Part shown: positions 1 through 8,638 of the stretch, piece by piece
Numbering within the stretch: the stretch's first letter is position 1
Layout of the letters: each line of letters starts with the position of its first letter
From: a virus
Lineage: Duplodnaviria > Caudoviricetes
Reading direction: 5' to 3' (one strand)
Virus record (IMG/VR): IMGVR_UViG_3300005326_000058
Coordinates: 1-50,488 of that record
Length of the DNA stretch: 50,488 nt
The notes under the pieces: model-generated
What the model saw: only the letters and a program-made list of their open reading frames with translations
Database searches by the model: none
Told to the model about the DNA's origin: nothing
Translations under genes and position numbers: made by a program

Positions 1-123
1 CGGCTTCTTGAATTGTGGTCATATTCTTATTCCTCCTGTGTGAATGATTCTAAAAAAATTAAATTAGGCTGATTTTAATCCTTTTCTTTCAGCGTGCATT
101 TCAGCGGCTTTGCGGGTGGAAAC
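1..123. repeat. Terminal direct repeat, copy 1 (circular assembly overlap)
   Basis: 1..123 is identical to 50366..50488. The join places the protease gene directly upstream of the capsid gene. Confidence 0.97.
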
Positions 124-1425
124 TCCGTTGCCTTTCTTCTTGTCAGGTTCTGCAGGTGTTTCTTCTGGTAGGTCAAACTTCCCAGTGGCTACTGATTTAG
201 CCCTTTTTTCACCCTGTCTTTGGCTGGCTATTCCAAGGATGGTTTTCTGGATAGTGTCGGCCTGTAAATCTTCAAGGGCTTTGGAGTCCATGATGATTAT
301 TTTACCATCTTCAGGTTCGGGGGTTTCTTCTTCGATTCCAAAACTTTTCAGTAAACCTTTGGTCACCCTGTCAACTAATGCATCTTCATCTATTGCTTTA
401 ACTTCAGTAGGTGCGGGGTCTGCGGGTTCTGCGGGTTTCATTATCCCTTTGATTTCGTCTAACAGTTTTGCGTTGCTTTTGTCAATCATTTCTTGAACTT
501 TAGTTTCATCCATATTCTCACTTCCTTTAGTTTTCTTTTTATAATCTGCTGGTGGTTCGTGCTCCATTGCTTTAGTCTTAAACACTTCCAGCTTCTTTTC
601 AACATACTGTTCCTGTACTTCGATAGGTTCTCCAAGGGTCACTTTGCCCTCTTCATCGATACTGTACGGTAGTTCATAGGTCTTGCCTTCCTCCCAGTTC
701 TCATAAATAACACTGTCCGGGAAGGTTAAGCGAATCCAAGTAGGGCTGTACCCATCTCCAGTGTAGGCTTCTTCCATGGCTGCCTCTACTGCAACCCTTA
801 TGGCTTCATAAGATTCATCCTCTGTTCTGGTCACATTTTTAACCTCCAACTTTTCTTCTGGTAAATCATACTTGTCACGTATTGATTTCACAATCTGGGT
901 GCATAGGCCGTTCTTACACTCCTTAGTAGTCTCTTCAGCCGTTCCGAGAGTGTCCCAGTTGACAGGCAACGGAGTTAAGCTACCTTCGAGAAGTAAGATT
1001 TTTTTAAGTATTCTAATGCCGTCAACCATTTCATCCTCTAAACACATACCTCCAAAACTACCACCCAGGCGTACGCCCGCATCTACCAATTCTTTAATCT
1101 TCGATTTGAGAGATGGGACCACCCGGACCTTTATCATCATGATGTCAAGGCCATTTTTGGTTTTGTCTTTCCATGAATCGACGATTGGTCCTAATACATC
1201 ATCTAGACCGTATTGGTGACATGCAAATGAGTTAATAGCCTTAGCCTGTTTTATCATGTCGTCAATGGCTTCAGGAGCAACCTGTTCATTTTCCAGGTCT
1301 GTTGTTTCGGTAGATAGGCCAAATTTAAGATAATAATAGCCATCGTCCTCCATCTTTGCCTTGATTAATGGCATGATGAATTTGAGCTTTTTATTTACAA
1401 AATTACTAGTTTTAAGTTCTGGCAT
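64..1425 (-). CDS. Prohead protease fused to a scaffold-like C-terminal region
   Basis: N-terminal HK97-type protease-like motifs (DLENEQV, CHQY, GSFGG, LLEGSLTPLPVN); acidic, Pro-rich C-terminus; directly upstream of the capsid gene across the circular join. Confidence 0.8.
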   Translation of the reverse strand: MPELKTSNFVNKKLKFIMPLIKAKMEDDGYYYLKFGLSTETTDLENEQVAPEAIDDMIKQAKAINSFACHQYGLDDVLGPIVDSWKDKTKNGLDIMMIKVRVVPSLKSKIKELVDAGVRLGGSFGGMCLEDEMVDGIRILKKILLLEGSLTPLPVNWDTLGTAEETTKECKNGLCTQIVKSIRDKYDLPEEKLEVKNVTRTEDESYEAIRVAVEAAMEEAYTGDGYSPTWIRLTFPDSVIYENWEEGKTYELPYSIDEEGKVTLGEPIEVQEQYVEKKLEVFKTKAMEHEPPADYKKKTKGSENMDETKVQEMIDKSNAKLLDEIKGIMKPAEPADPAPTEVKAIDEDALVDRVTKGLLKSFGIEEETPEPEDGKIIIMDSKALEDLQADTIQKTILGIASQRQGEKRAKSVATGKFDLPEETPAEPDKKKGNGVSTRKAAEMHAERKGLKSA

Positions 1426-1458
1426 AGGCTAACGGCTCCTTTAAAAATGGTTTAAATC

Positions 1459-1490
1459 GAACTTCGATATATTTAGGTTTAACGAAGTAG
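1459..1490. other. dif/loxP-like imperfect palindrome (11-6-11), copy A; recombination site or operator
   Basis: ACTTCGATATA-TTTAGG-TTTAACGAAGT; 27/32 identical to the reverse complement of 29056..29087. Confidence 0.6.
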
Positions 1491-1638
1491 CAAATTATCT
1501 TAGAAAATAGATTTTAAATTGTGTGGATTGTTTGAAATTGGATAAAAAAATGAATAATGTTTAAAAATAAATGGGATTGGTGAACAATTTGGTTTCAGTA
1601 GGGGATGAAAATCATGGATCTATGGATTGAACAAATCA

Positions 1639-2487
1639 TCAAGAATAGGCTATGTCATGGTACATCAATTCCATGGCATCCTCATTCATAGTCAAATCCT
1701 TAGCTAATACCACCTTACACCTGCATCTGAGGTGCAATGGAGTGTATGGCATCTTAGACAATGGCATTGGTGATTCAAATTCCAACCTAACACAATGAGG
1801 GCACACCCGGCCATCTCTCTTAGTCACCCAGTAAGCATCTGGATCATCATATAAGAATATCTGTGCTGCCCTTTTTGCTTTGGCCTTGGTGGTCTGGTAG
1901 CCATTCCCAGCCATCTGTTTAGTTCTATTAGCAGCACGGTTAAAATTAGATTTAACATTGAATATTTCTTCAGCGGCACGGTTCTTCAGGAAGTGTGCCT
2001 TAGCCTTGATATTGTTGGACAGTTCACTGGTTATACCTTTCAAGGTTGTTTTCTGTTCCAGTATGCCTTCCTTGACGTTCAATTCACTTTTAACCTTATT
2101 CAGGTTGTCTTTCAGTATGCCAGTATCCAGTAGTACCTGGTCCCTGGCTTGGTTGAATATTTCTTCCAGCTGGTCAACCTTTGGGGTGAGTTCTTTCAGG
2201 AGCGACTTTGTATCTTTTTCAATGTTTGATATAGCATAGTCCACGTCTTTACCCTTGTAATCCTGGTATAGTGTGGAGAATGCACCGAGGAATAATAAAA
2301 CATAGATCATCTCATTAATATCATCAGAATCATAGGTGAAGTCTGGTTCTGGAGTGTCATTGGAGGGTTCTACTTCATAGGTTGTGCCCACCTTCAACTC
2401 CTTGGTTACATTGCCCTGGAGTAATGAGTAGTAAAGGTCAGTATCAACTACTGTTTTACCCTTAAGGTTCTTGCAGACTTCGCACAT
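1639..2487 (-). CDS. Minor head morphogenesis protein (SPP1 gp7 / Mu gpF-like)
   Basis: C-terminal WVT-DGRVCPHC...PLHLRCRC motif; lies between portal and protease. Confidence 0.8.
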   Translation of the reverse strand: MCEVCKNLKGKTVVDTDLYYSLLQGNVTKELKVGTTYEVEPSNDTPEPDFTYDSDDINEMIYVLLFLGAFSTLYQDYKGKDVDYAISNIEKDTKSLLKELTPKVDQLEEIFNQARDQVLLDTGILKDNLNKVKSELNVKEGILEQKTTLKGITSELSNNIKAKAHFLKNRAAEEIFNVKSNFNRAANRTKQMAGNGYQTTKAKAKRAAQIFLYDDPDAYWVTKRDGRVCPHCVRLEFESPMPLSKMPYTPLHLRCRCKVVLAKDLTMNEDAMELMYHDIAYS

Positions 2488-2500
2488 TTAATGGACTCCT

Positions 2501-3847
2501 TCAATACATCTGTACTAAACCTTTTTCCTGTAAAAGACTGTCAAGGCTCATAACTCTGTCAATTGCTTTTTGTGGTTCTGTTGGTTCCGGTTGGGTCATG
2601 GCCTTACCGTAACCAGTGACACTCTGGGCGTAAGGTAACGGCTCATCACCGTAAGGTTTAGGTTCCAATCCGTAACCTGTACGGACTTCATTCACTAATT
2701 TAACACCGTTCCTTAGTTGTATGTTTTCGATATTAGCCCTCTGTAACTTGTCTTCGAGGTCTATGTCTCCGAAATGGAACCTTTCTTCAAAACCCCATAG
2801 GTCAAAGGATTTACCCATGACTCTGTTAAATTCATCCTCGACTGGTTGCAGGACTTTACCGACTAATCGTTTCTTGAATTTCTTATCAGCGGTGTTATCC
2901 TTTTCATTCCCTAGGCTTCCGGCGGTGTAGATTCCCACGTTCTGAGGTGGTACTCCGTAGGATGCTACTATCCGGTCTCTTATCCTGTCTTGTAGGTCGG
3001 TGAATTGCATATCCCTATTTGATAAACCGGCTTCCTGGAAGGTTCCACCCTTCAGGAAATAGGTACCTTGAGGGTTATCCTGGGCTTGTTTTTTAATCCT
3101 AGCTATGTTGGCGTTGAATGTTTCATCCTTCATTTCTGAATCAAATATCATGAAGTTTTTAGGACTCATTCCACTGTCAAACCAGCCCTTATTAAAGTCC
3201 ATGGAAAGAATATCCAGGGTGATTGATTTGGCGGCCTTGTCAATAGGGCTCTTCCCATACAATTCATTCCACGGATCCGGGTTCATGATATGGATAAGTT
3301 CATCATTCTCATAGCGAACCTTAGAATTAATCAGGCCCCATTGATCAGTATCGTAATGATAAGTCAACCGGTGCGGTTGTATGAAGTAGAAACCCACCGG
3401 CATTCCCTTAATCACATCATCATGGACGCATTCAGCGAACCAATCACCCGGCCCTAACTGCGATGATACTCCACGCATGATGAACTTTGTAAAGGTATCC
3501 ACGCCATCCGGTCCATCTGGCCTGTTGAATAGGTCCTTAATATAGGCCACCACATCCGGATCGTCCTTCTCCTTCTCATCACTGTAAACATCAAAACCAG
3601 CTGCTAGGGTGTCAATCACATAAGCATCTATGCAGGCACTTATCCATTCATTGTCCATGGCCATGTAGTAGGTGGTCCAGGTTGGTTTAGCCTGTTTAGA
3701 CCGGTCCCCGTAACTGTAATGGATGAATGGGTTAAGCCATCCTAAAGGTCCATAACCTTCCCTTACTGGTTTGGGTTCTGGTTTCCTTACTATCTGGAAT
3801 GGTAAGGCTTTGCTTATGGTATTGAATATTGACATGGTTTTCCTCAT
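2501..3847 (-). CDS. Portal protein (HK97-like)
   Basis: Motifs ELIHI-NPDP-ELYGKSPI, DMQFTD, IVASYGVPP and NEVR-GLEP-GDEP; follows terminase. Confidence 0.92.
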   Translation of the reverse strand: MRKTMSIFNTISKALPFQIVRKPEPKPVREGYGPLGWLNPFIHYSYGDRSKQAKPTWTTYYMAMDNEWISACIDAYVIDTLAAGFDVYSDEKEKDDPDVVAYIKDLFNRPDGPDGVDTFTKFIMRGVSSQLGPGDWFAECVHDDVIKGMPVGFYFIQPHRLTYHYDTDQWGLINSKVRYENDELIHIMNPDPWNELYGKSPIDKAAKSITLDILSMDFNKGWFDSGMSPKNFMIFDSEMKDETFNANIARIKKQAQDNPQGTYFLKGGTFQEAGLSNRDMQFTDLQDRIRDRIVASYGVPPQNVGIYTAGSLGNEKDNTADKKFKKRLVGKVLQPVEDEFNRVMGKSFDLWGFEERFHFGDIDLEDKLQRANIENIQLRNGVKLVNEVRTGYGLEPKPYGDEPLPYAQSVTGYGKAMTQPEPTEPQKAIDRVMSLDSLLQEKGLVQMY

Positions 3848-5289
3848 AGTTGTATAACTTCTAAATCCATTGACTTTCCTTCATCTGGATTTCTCAAATA
3901 ATTGAACCCCTGACTTAAACTATCCATAATGTTAGGAGATATTTGCATTACTGGGGCCAATCTCCCTATCTCTTGCTTTAATAATTCAAAATAAGATTCG
4001 TTATAACTTGATTCAACATAATACTTATATTCTAAGAGTTTGTTAATTAAAATCAATCCCTGACTCATCTCACGAATCAAAGGCCGGGCTCGGTTAAACT
4101 TGGATCCTTTAGGGCTCCGGGGCTCTACTATGATATCCATCTGATCAAAAAATTCTTTCCAATACTTTTCTGTATCAACCCAGCTGCCAGGTTCAATCTC
4201 AAGTATGCAGGTTGAAGGATATACTCTATGGTTATTATCTTCCATCACATGTTTTTCAATAAGTAACTCTGTACTTGTACCTACAGTTTGACTAATATTG
4301 TCAATCATGATTCTGTTGGTACTTGCATCAAGGGTAAGGGTAGATACAACAAATTTATCACGCCCACGCCCAGCAAGGTCAATACTTAAAATTGAAGTTG
4401 ATTCTGAAGGATAATTAGAAGTTAAATAATTTTTAATCAGATTTATATCAATTAATCCACCCTGAGCATAAGTATAATGCCAGTTCCCTTCCTTCTGACT
4501 TTGCTTATCAATCTCATCCAAGTCTTCCAGGCTGGCTTCAAATTCAACCTGGTTAATGTATGGATTAGTACGCCATCCCATAGGGACATAAACATATTGC
4601 CCTTCGACATATTCATTCAAAAATCGTTTACTGCTATCATTCAAAACAAATGTTTTAGGGTCAAATTGAGGGTTTCCAAAGTTTATAATTGCTTTAGGGA
4701 ATCGTGATTCACTCTGTTGTCTTAAGCTTCTTCCTTGAAATGTTAATATTGATTTTTCAAGTTCCGGGGCTTCGTCATTTTCTATTACTTGATAAGATTT
4801 ACTCCGAGTCTTTTCCTTCTTAGTAACATGTTCAAAGGCACGGAAAGTTAATAATCCTCCCTCTTTGCTTTTTATCCTTGGAGGGTGTGATTGTTTAATA
4901 TTTAATTTTCTTTCATTCCCATACTCATCAACTAATTCTTCATTCCATAAACCAATATATCCCCAAATACTGTCTTCTCTCTCTTCTAATAAGTCATCAT
5001 AATTCTTTCGAGTAACTAAACCTTTAAATCCTTTAATAGGCATGAATCTAAGACCTAAAGCGGCACCAAAAAGAGTCTTACCCCCAAATGCTTCACCACC
5101 TATTAAAATACGATGGTAATCTGTAGGAATAGGCCTATTTAAATAAATCCAACTTTTCAATTGTTGAGGATAACCTAAAATCCCTTTTTTTATTCTATCT
5201 GGTAAGTAAGGATTATCAATTAATGTGAGCTTTAACATGTCCCGATCATACTGAGTAATAGGTCCTATGTCTAAATTTGCCAAAAGCAA
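3844..5289 (-). CDS. terL: Terminase large subunit
   Basis: Walker A GGEAFGGKT, Walker B VIENDEA, FGNP motif, nuclease-domain SIDLA..DK and DSLSQG; TTG start. Confidence 0.9.
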   Translation of the reverse strand: MLLANLDIGPITQYDRDMLKLTLIDNPYLPDRIKKGILGYPQQLKSWIYLNRPIPTDYHRILIGGEAFGGKTLFGAALGLRFMPIKGFKGLVTRKNYDDLLEEREDSIWGYIGLWNEELVDEYGNERKLNIKQSHPPRIKSKEGGLLTFRAFEHVTKKEKTRSKSYQVIENDEAPELEKSILTFQGRSLRQQSESRFPKAIINFGNPQFDPKTFVLNDSSKRFLNEYVEGQYVYVPMGWRTNPYINQVEFEASLEDLDEIDKQSQKEGNWHYTYAQGGLIDINLIKNYLTSNYPSESTSILSIDLAGRGRDKFVVSTLTLDASTNRIMIDNISQTVGTSTELLIEKHVMEDNNHRVYPSTCILEIEPGSWVDTEKYWKEFFDQMDIIVEPRSPKGSKFNRARPLIREMSQGLILINKLLEYKYYVESSYNESYFELLKQEIGRLAPVMQISPNIMDSLSQGFNYLRNPDEGKSMDLEVIQL

Positions 5290-5295
5290 ATCCCC

Positions 5296-5898
5296 CTATT
5301 CCCCATTTGGCTGATCTACTTTGTTTAAAGCATTGTCCATGATCTGGTTAAATTTGTCTGAATATGTATTCTCGGTTTTACCTTCAACTTTGCTAATCTC
5401 TGAAGGTTCACCGGCTGCGGTCTTACTAATTTTCTGAGCACTCTCAAGGGCCCTACCTGCATTCATCAGGTAATAAGCAGCGTTCTTAGGAGTTCCAAAG
5501 ATTAGATCTCCTTCTTTAGTCACCGCAACAACAAGTTTTCCTTCTGTAATTTTTTCTATTTCCTTTACAGCTGCCCGTCTCAATTTGTTAGCAGCTTCAT
5601 TAAAGTGATAGTCCTCTACCACTATGGCTTCAGCTTCAGCTTCACTGATTTCTTCATCATTTCTTTGTTTTTTTTCTGCAACTTTTGTGCGTACTTTGGC
5701 CACGTAGTCTTTTCTTCGCTGTTCCCAGTTAAGTGGCCCAACTTTCCTACGTAGTGTATTGTATGAGACTTTGTACCATTCGGCAGCTTCTTTGACTTTA
5801 GGGTAGATTTTGTTTCCTTCTTCATCCCTGTAGCCCCTTACTAGATCCCGGTCTATGGTTTCTAGTAGTTTTTCTGTGATTGGTTTATAGTCTGTCAT
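5296..5898 (-). CDS. terS: Terminase small subunit (putative)
   Basis: N-terminal HTH (KEAAEWYKVSYNTLRR...W.QRR) plus coiled coil, directly upstream of terL. Start moved to MTDYKP (5898) because the longer ORF overlaps a small upstream ORF. Confidence 0.7.
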   Translation of the reverse strand: MTDYKPITEKLLETIDRDLVRGYRDEEGNKIYPKVKEAAEWYKVSYNTLRRKVGPLNWEQRRKDYVAKVRTKVAEKKQRNDEEISEAEAEAIVVEDYHFNEAANKLRRAAVKEIEKITEGKLVVAVTKEGDLIFGTPKNAAYYLMNAGRALESAQKISKTAAGEPSEISKVEGKTENTYSDKFNQIMDNALNKVDQPNGE

Positions 5899-6371
5899 GA
5901 TGTGATCATCCTTTGTGCTTCTGTGTTTGATCTGTGTCTGTTGTGTTCTGTGTTTCATCTAGTGTATCACAGAGCACTTGGTAAAAATTAGTTTCTTCCA
6001 TGGGGGGACTGAGTTGTTGGTATTGAGTTATGGTATCTCCAGGGAATGTCATAATAGTCACTTCTTATGCACACTTTCAAGATACTTATTCATGTTAATC
6101 TGTTCATCCCTGGTTGGTCCTTTGACTGTTCGGAGTTGGTCAGGGTACTTGTAAGGATTGTAAACAGTTTCATGGAAAATAGAATTAGTCATAAGTATTC
6201 ATCCATAATTTGGTCCTGGATCTGTTTTTATTTCCTGGACTTCATCTAGTGCCTTATGGTATCCATCCTTAAAACCCTCCAGATAACAGTCTGCCATTTC
6301 TTTAGCAGTGTATAATCTTTCATCTTCTGGAGTTTTGGTGTCTTCTTTCATGAGGAAACCTTCAATTAATT

Positions 6372-6940
6372 AAGGGTTTAAGGAGGTGTTAATGTATTCA
6401 CTATTTCCTTTCATTTAGGGAAGGGTTTAATGAGAATAATAAGTAATGGTTAAATCCTTTCATGAGTTATGGGTTTTAGTGGAGTTTCAACTTTTCACTA
6501 TTCCCTTTACTTTGGTGTGGGTTTTAGTGGTCACTATTGTTTTTGTTAATCCCTTTCACTTTGTGATCGGATTAGTGGGATCAATAGTGTCACCTTATTC
6601 CCTTTGATGAGTTGTGAAAATTAAAGGGGTCTTAATTTTTTTTAGTGGCCCTTTGTTGTGATTGTCATGGTGTGGGAATTAAGGTGGGCTTATTTTTATT
6701 TAGTGAGATCTTATTCCCTTTGTGATTTTGTAGGGTTTAGTGAAAACTTCAAGAGGTGCTTATTTCCTTTGAGGTTGCAATGGGTTTAGTGACTGTTATT
6801 GTTTCTCTTATTTCCTTTGGTGTTGTGATCGGTTTAAGGATGTTTTGTTAATCGTGTTATTCCCTTTTGAGAAGTAAGGGTTTTAGTTAAAAGTATAAGT
6901 GATGCTTATTTCCTTTTATTTCATAAGGATTTTAGTGGAA
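6372..6940 (-). repeat. Non-coding dual-box tandem array, ~12 units of 48-49 bp
   Basis: Minus-strand unit: CACTAAA(A)CCC-N10-AAAGGRAATAA-N15-17. The plus-strand TAWWYCCTTT box starts at 6402, 6451, 6499, 6547, 6596, (6645), 6712, 6761, 6809, 6858 and 6907. No ORF spans the region. Confidence 0.9.
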
Positions 6941-6985
6941 TTTTATAAAAAGTATTACTTCATTTATAAGTAAAAATTAAAAAAG
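6941..6985 (-). promoter_or_regulatory. Putative TATA element(s) upstream of the array, preceded by an oligo-T tract
   Basis: Minus strand reads TTTTTTAATTTTTA-CTTATAAA (6963-6970), ~25 bp before the first unit; a second TTTATAAA lies at 6942-6949. Confidence 0.45.
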
Positions 6986-7029
6986 GTCTAAGAGTGCTTG
7001 GATTCCTATGGTAAACATTTCTGAAAGTA

Positions 7030-7503
7030 TTACATCTTTAGGAATAATGAAATGATAATAGCAGCCAAGGACAATGATATGAATATAAGGGATGTGGTGA
7101 TTGATATCTTCCTATCCAACCATTTATCAGACTTTAATTCATCCTTAGACTCTTCATCTTCATCTTTATGAGTCTTGTCTTCCATCCTACTTATGCGGCT
7201 GTTGAAATCAATTAACCTTTGCTCTTCCTGGTTAACAGCCCGGCCCAGGTTAACAACTCTACGGGCTAACTGTAAAGATTCACTGGCCAGATCATCCACC
7301 ACGTCTTCAGCCTCATGTATCTTTTTCTCTATCCGGGTTAATCGTTGGCTGTCTGTGAATGAATCATCAGACCTTCCATCAGTGATTGCGTGTTGTATGT
7401 CTCTTTTACGTTCGGTTCTGTCTATTGCTTTCTCTTTTTTTTGAACCATTTCCTCATCCGTGGAACCATTCATGTGTTCTGGTTGGGGTGTCATGTGATT
7501 CAA
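7030..7503 (-). CDS. Coiled-coil protein with C-terminal transmembrane helix
   Basis: Heptad-rich body; hydrophobic C-terminus ISITTSLIFISLSLAAIIISLFL. Confidence 0.7.
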   Translation of the reverse strand: MNHMTPQPEHMNGSTDEEMVQKKEKAIDRTERKRDIQHAITDGRSDDSFTDSQRLTRIEKKIHEAEDVVDDLASESLQLARRVVNLGRAVNQEEQRLIDFNSRISRMEDKTHKDEDEESKDELKSDKWLDRKISITTSLIFISLSLAAIIISLFLKM

Positions 7504-7517
7504 ATCCTTAAGAGATA

Positions 7518-8006
7518 TTAACCGAAATAGATTTTCAGGATAAATTCAACAATCATAGTTCCAATGATACTGAGTATTGCTACTATAATCAGCCATTTGT
7601 TCCGGTGTTTGTTTTGTTGTTTATCCCATTCCTTATCTCTTTTATCTTGGTGCCCTTCTTTCATTTCCTGTTTAATACAGTCAATGTCTTTGTCTTGTTT
7701 ACCATTAGTTATACCTATCTTCCCTAATCCTATTGAGATTTCATCGACTTTGCCGTCGATTTTGTTTAGCATTTCCCAGAGTCCTATGTCTAGTTTTTTC
7801 AAGTCCTTTCCCTGTTGTTCTGATTTGCTTTCCAAGATTGTTATACGGTGTTCATGGTCACGGTGTATTTCTTCATAGGTGCATGGGTTATGATTGGAAG
7901 TAGTGTTCGTGTCCTCCATTCTTTCTTTCATAGTATCATCTTGCTTGGCTTTAGAATCGGAAAGTATATTCGATCGTTTTTGCATAATAGTATTCACCTC
8001 TGCCAT
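7518..8006 (-). CDS. Coiled-coil protein with C-terminal transmembrane helix (XhlA/holin-like architecture)
   Basis: HEHRITILE coiled coil and KWLIIVAILSIIGTMIVEFIL transmembrane segment. Confidence 0.65.
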   Translation of the reverse strand: MAEVNTIMQKRSNILSDSKAKQDDTMKERMEDTNTTSNHNPCTYEEIHRDHEHRITILESKSEQQGKDLKKLDIGLWEMLNKIDGKVDEISIGLGKIGITNGKQDKDIDCIKQEMKEGHQDKRDKEWDKQQNKHRNKWLIIVAILSIIGTMIVEFILKIYFG

Positions 8007-8043
8007 GGGTGTATCATGGGAGGGGTCATCTTTTTCACTGTTT

Positions 8044-8247
8044 TTAAGCCTGTTCTTCTGTTTTGTTTTCTTCCTGGCGTGGGTTCAGGTAGTTGTAAAC
8101 TGCAACTAATATGGCTGCAAAGATAGGTACGTACACCTGCAACTGTACTGGTAAGATTCTTGGTAGAAGAGTTGGGTCTGCTACAAATACACCTAACACT
8201 AGGACCGAAATGGTCACTATTAAGGTTGATAATTTTCCATTGTCCAT
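8044..8247 (-). CDS. Putative holin (two TM helices, charged C-terminal tail)
   Basis: 67 aa with two hydrophobic helices and a charged tail PRQEENKTEEQA; GGAGG RBS. Confidence 0.55.
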   Translation of the reverse strand: MDNGKLSTLIVTISVLVLGVFVADPTLLPRILPVQLQVYVPIFAAILVAVYNYLNPRQEENKTEEQA

Positions 8248-8343
8248 ATAGATTCCTCCATTCTTTTTAGTTTAAAAATAACATGAGTGTGATATAGCTT
8301 AACGCTAGAGTTAAGCAAATAATAGTAATAGTGTAATCAAGGT

Positions 8344-8478
8344 TCATCTGTACTTCCCTGCCTTAACTTTCTGTACTTCTAGGTCCACTTCTCCATGTTG
8401 TAAGCATACCCATTTTTCAATGTAAGCGTCCCAGACTAATATTCTGGAACAGTAAGGGCAGTTAGAACCTTTTTTCAT
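8344..8478 (-). CDS. Small zinc-ribbon protein (44 aa)
   Basis: Hand translation MKKGSNCPYC...WVCLQHG; GAGTGA RBS upstream; below the ORF-track cut-off. Confidence 0.55.
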   Translation of the reverse strand: MKKGSNCPYCSRILVWDAYIEKWVCLQHGEVDLEVQKVKAGKYR

Positions 8479-8638
8479 CGTATCACTCTTGTAAAATAAA
8501 TATTAAAGTAGGTAGGGTGTAAGGTGATTTGATTTGAAAACTACAGGGGGTGTGTTGTTTTATTTATCCAAGTATGGTTTTTTTTAATATACAAAAATAT
8601 GGCTTTCCCTACCTACTCCTCATAAAAGAGGGGGTTTT

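Noticed and set aside
6372-6940. Canonical CRISPR array
   Set aside because: The repeats are degenerate and split by a variable 10-mer, linkers are only 15-17 nt, and no cas genes are present. The resemblance to methanobacterial repeats is loose and from memory.
6372-6940. Repeat-protein gene or stop-codon recoding
   Set aside because: The period alternates between 48 and 49 bp, which breaks frame, and genes elsewhere end normally at TAA, TAG and TGA.
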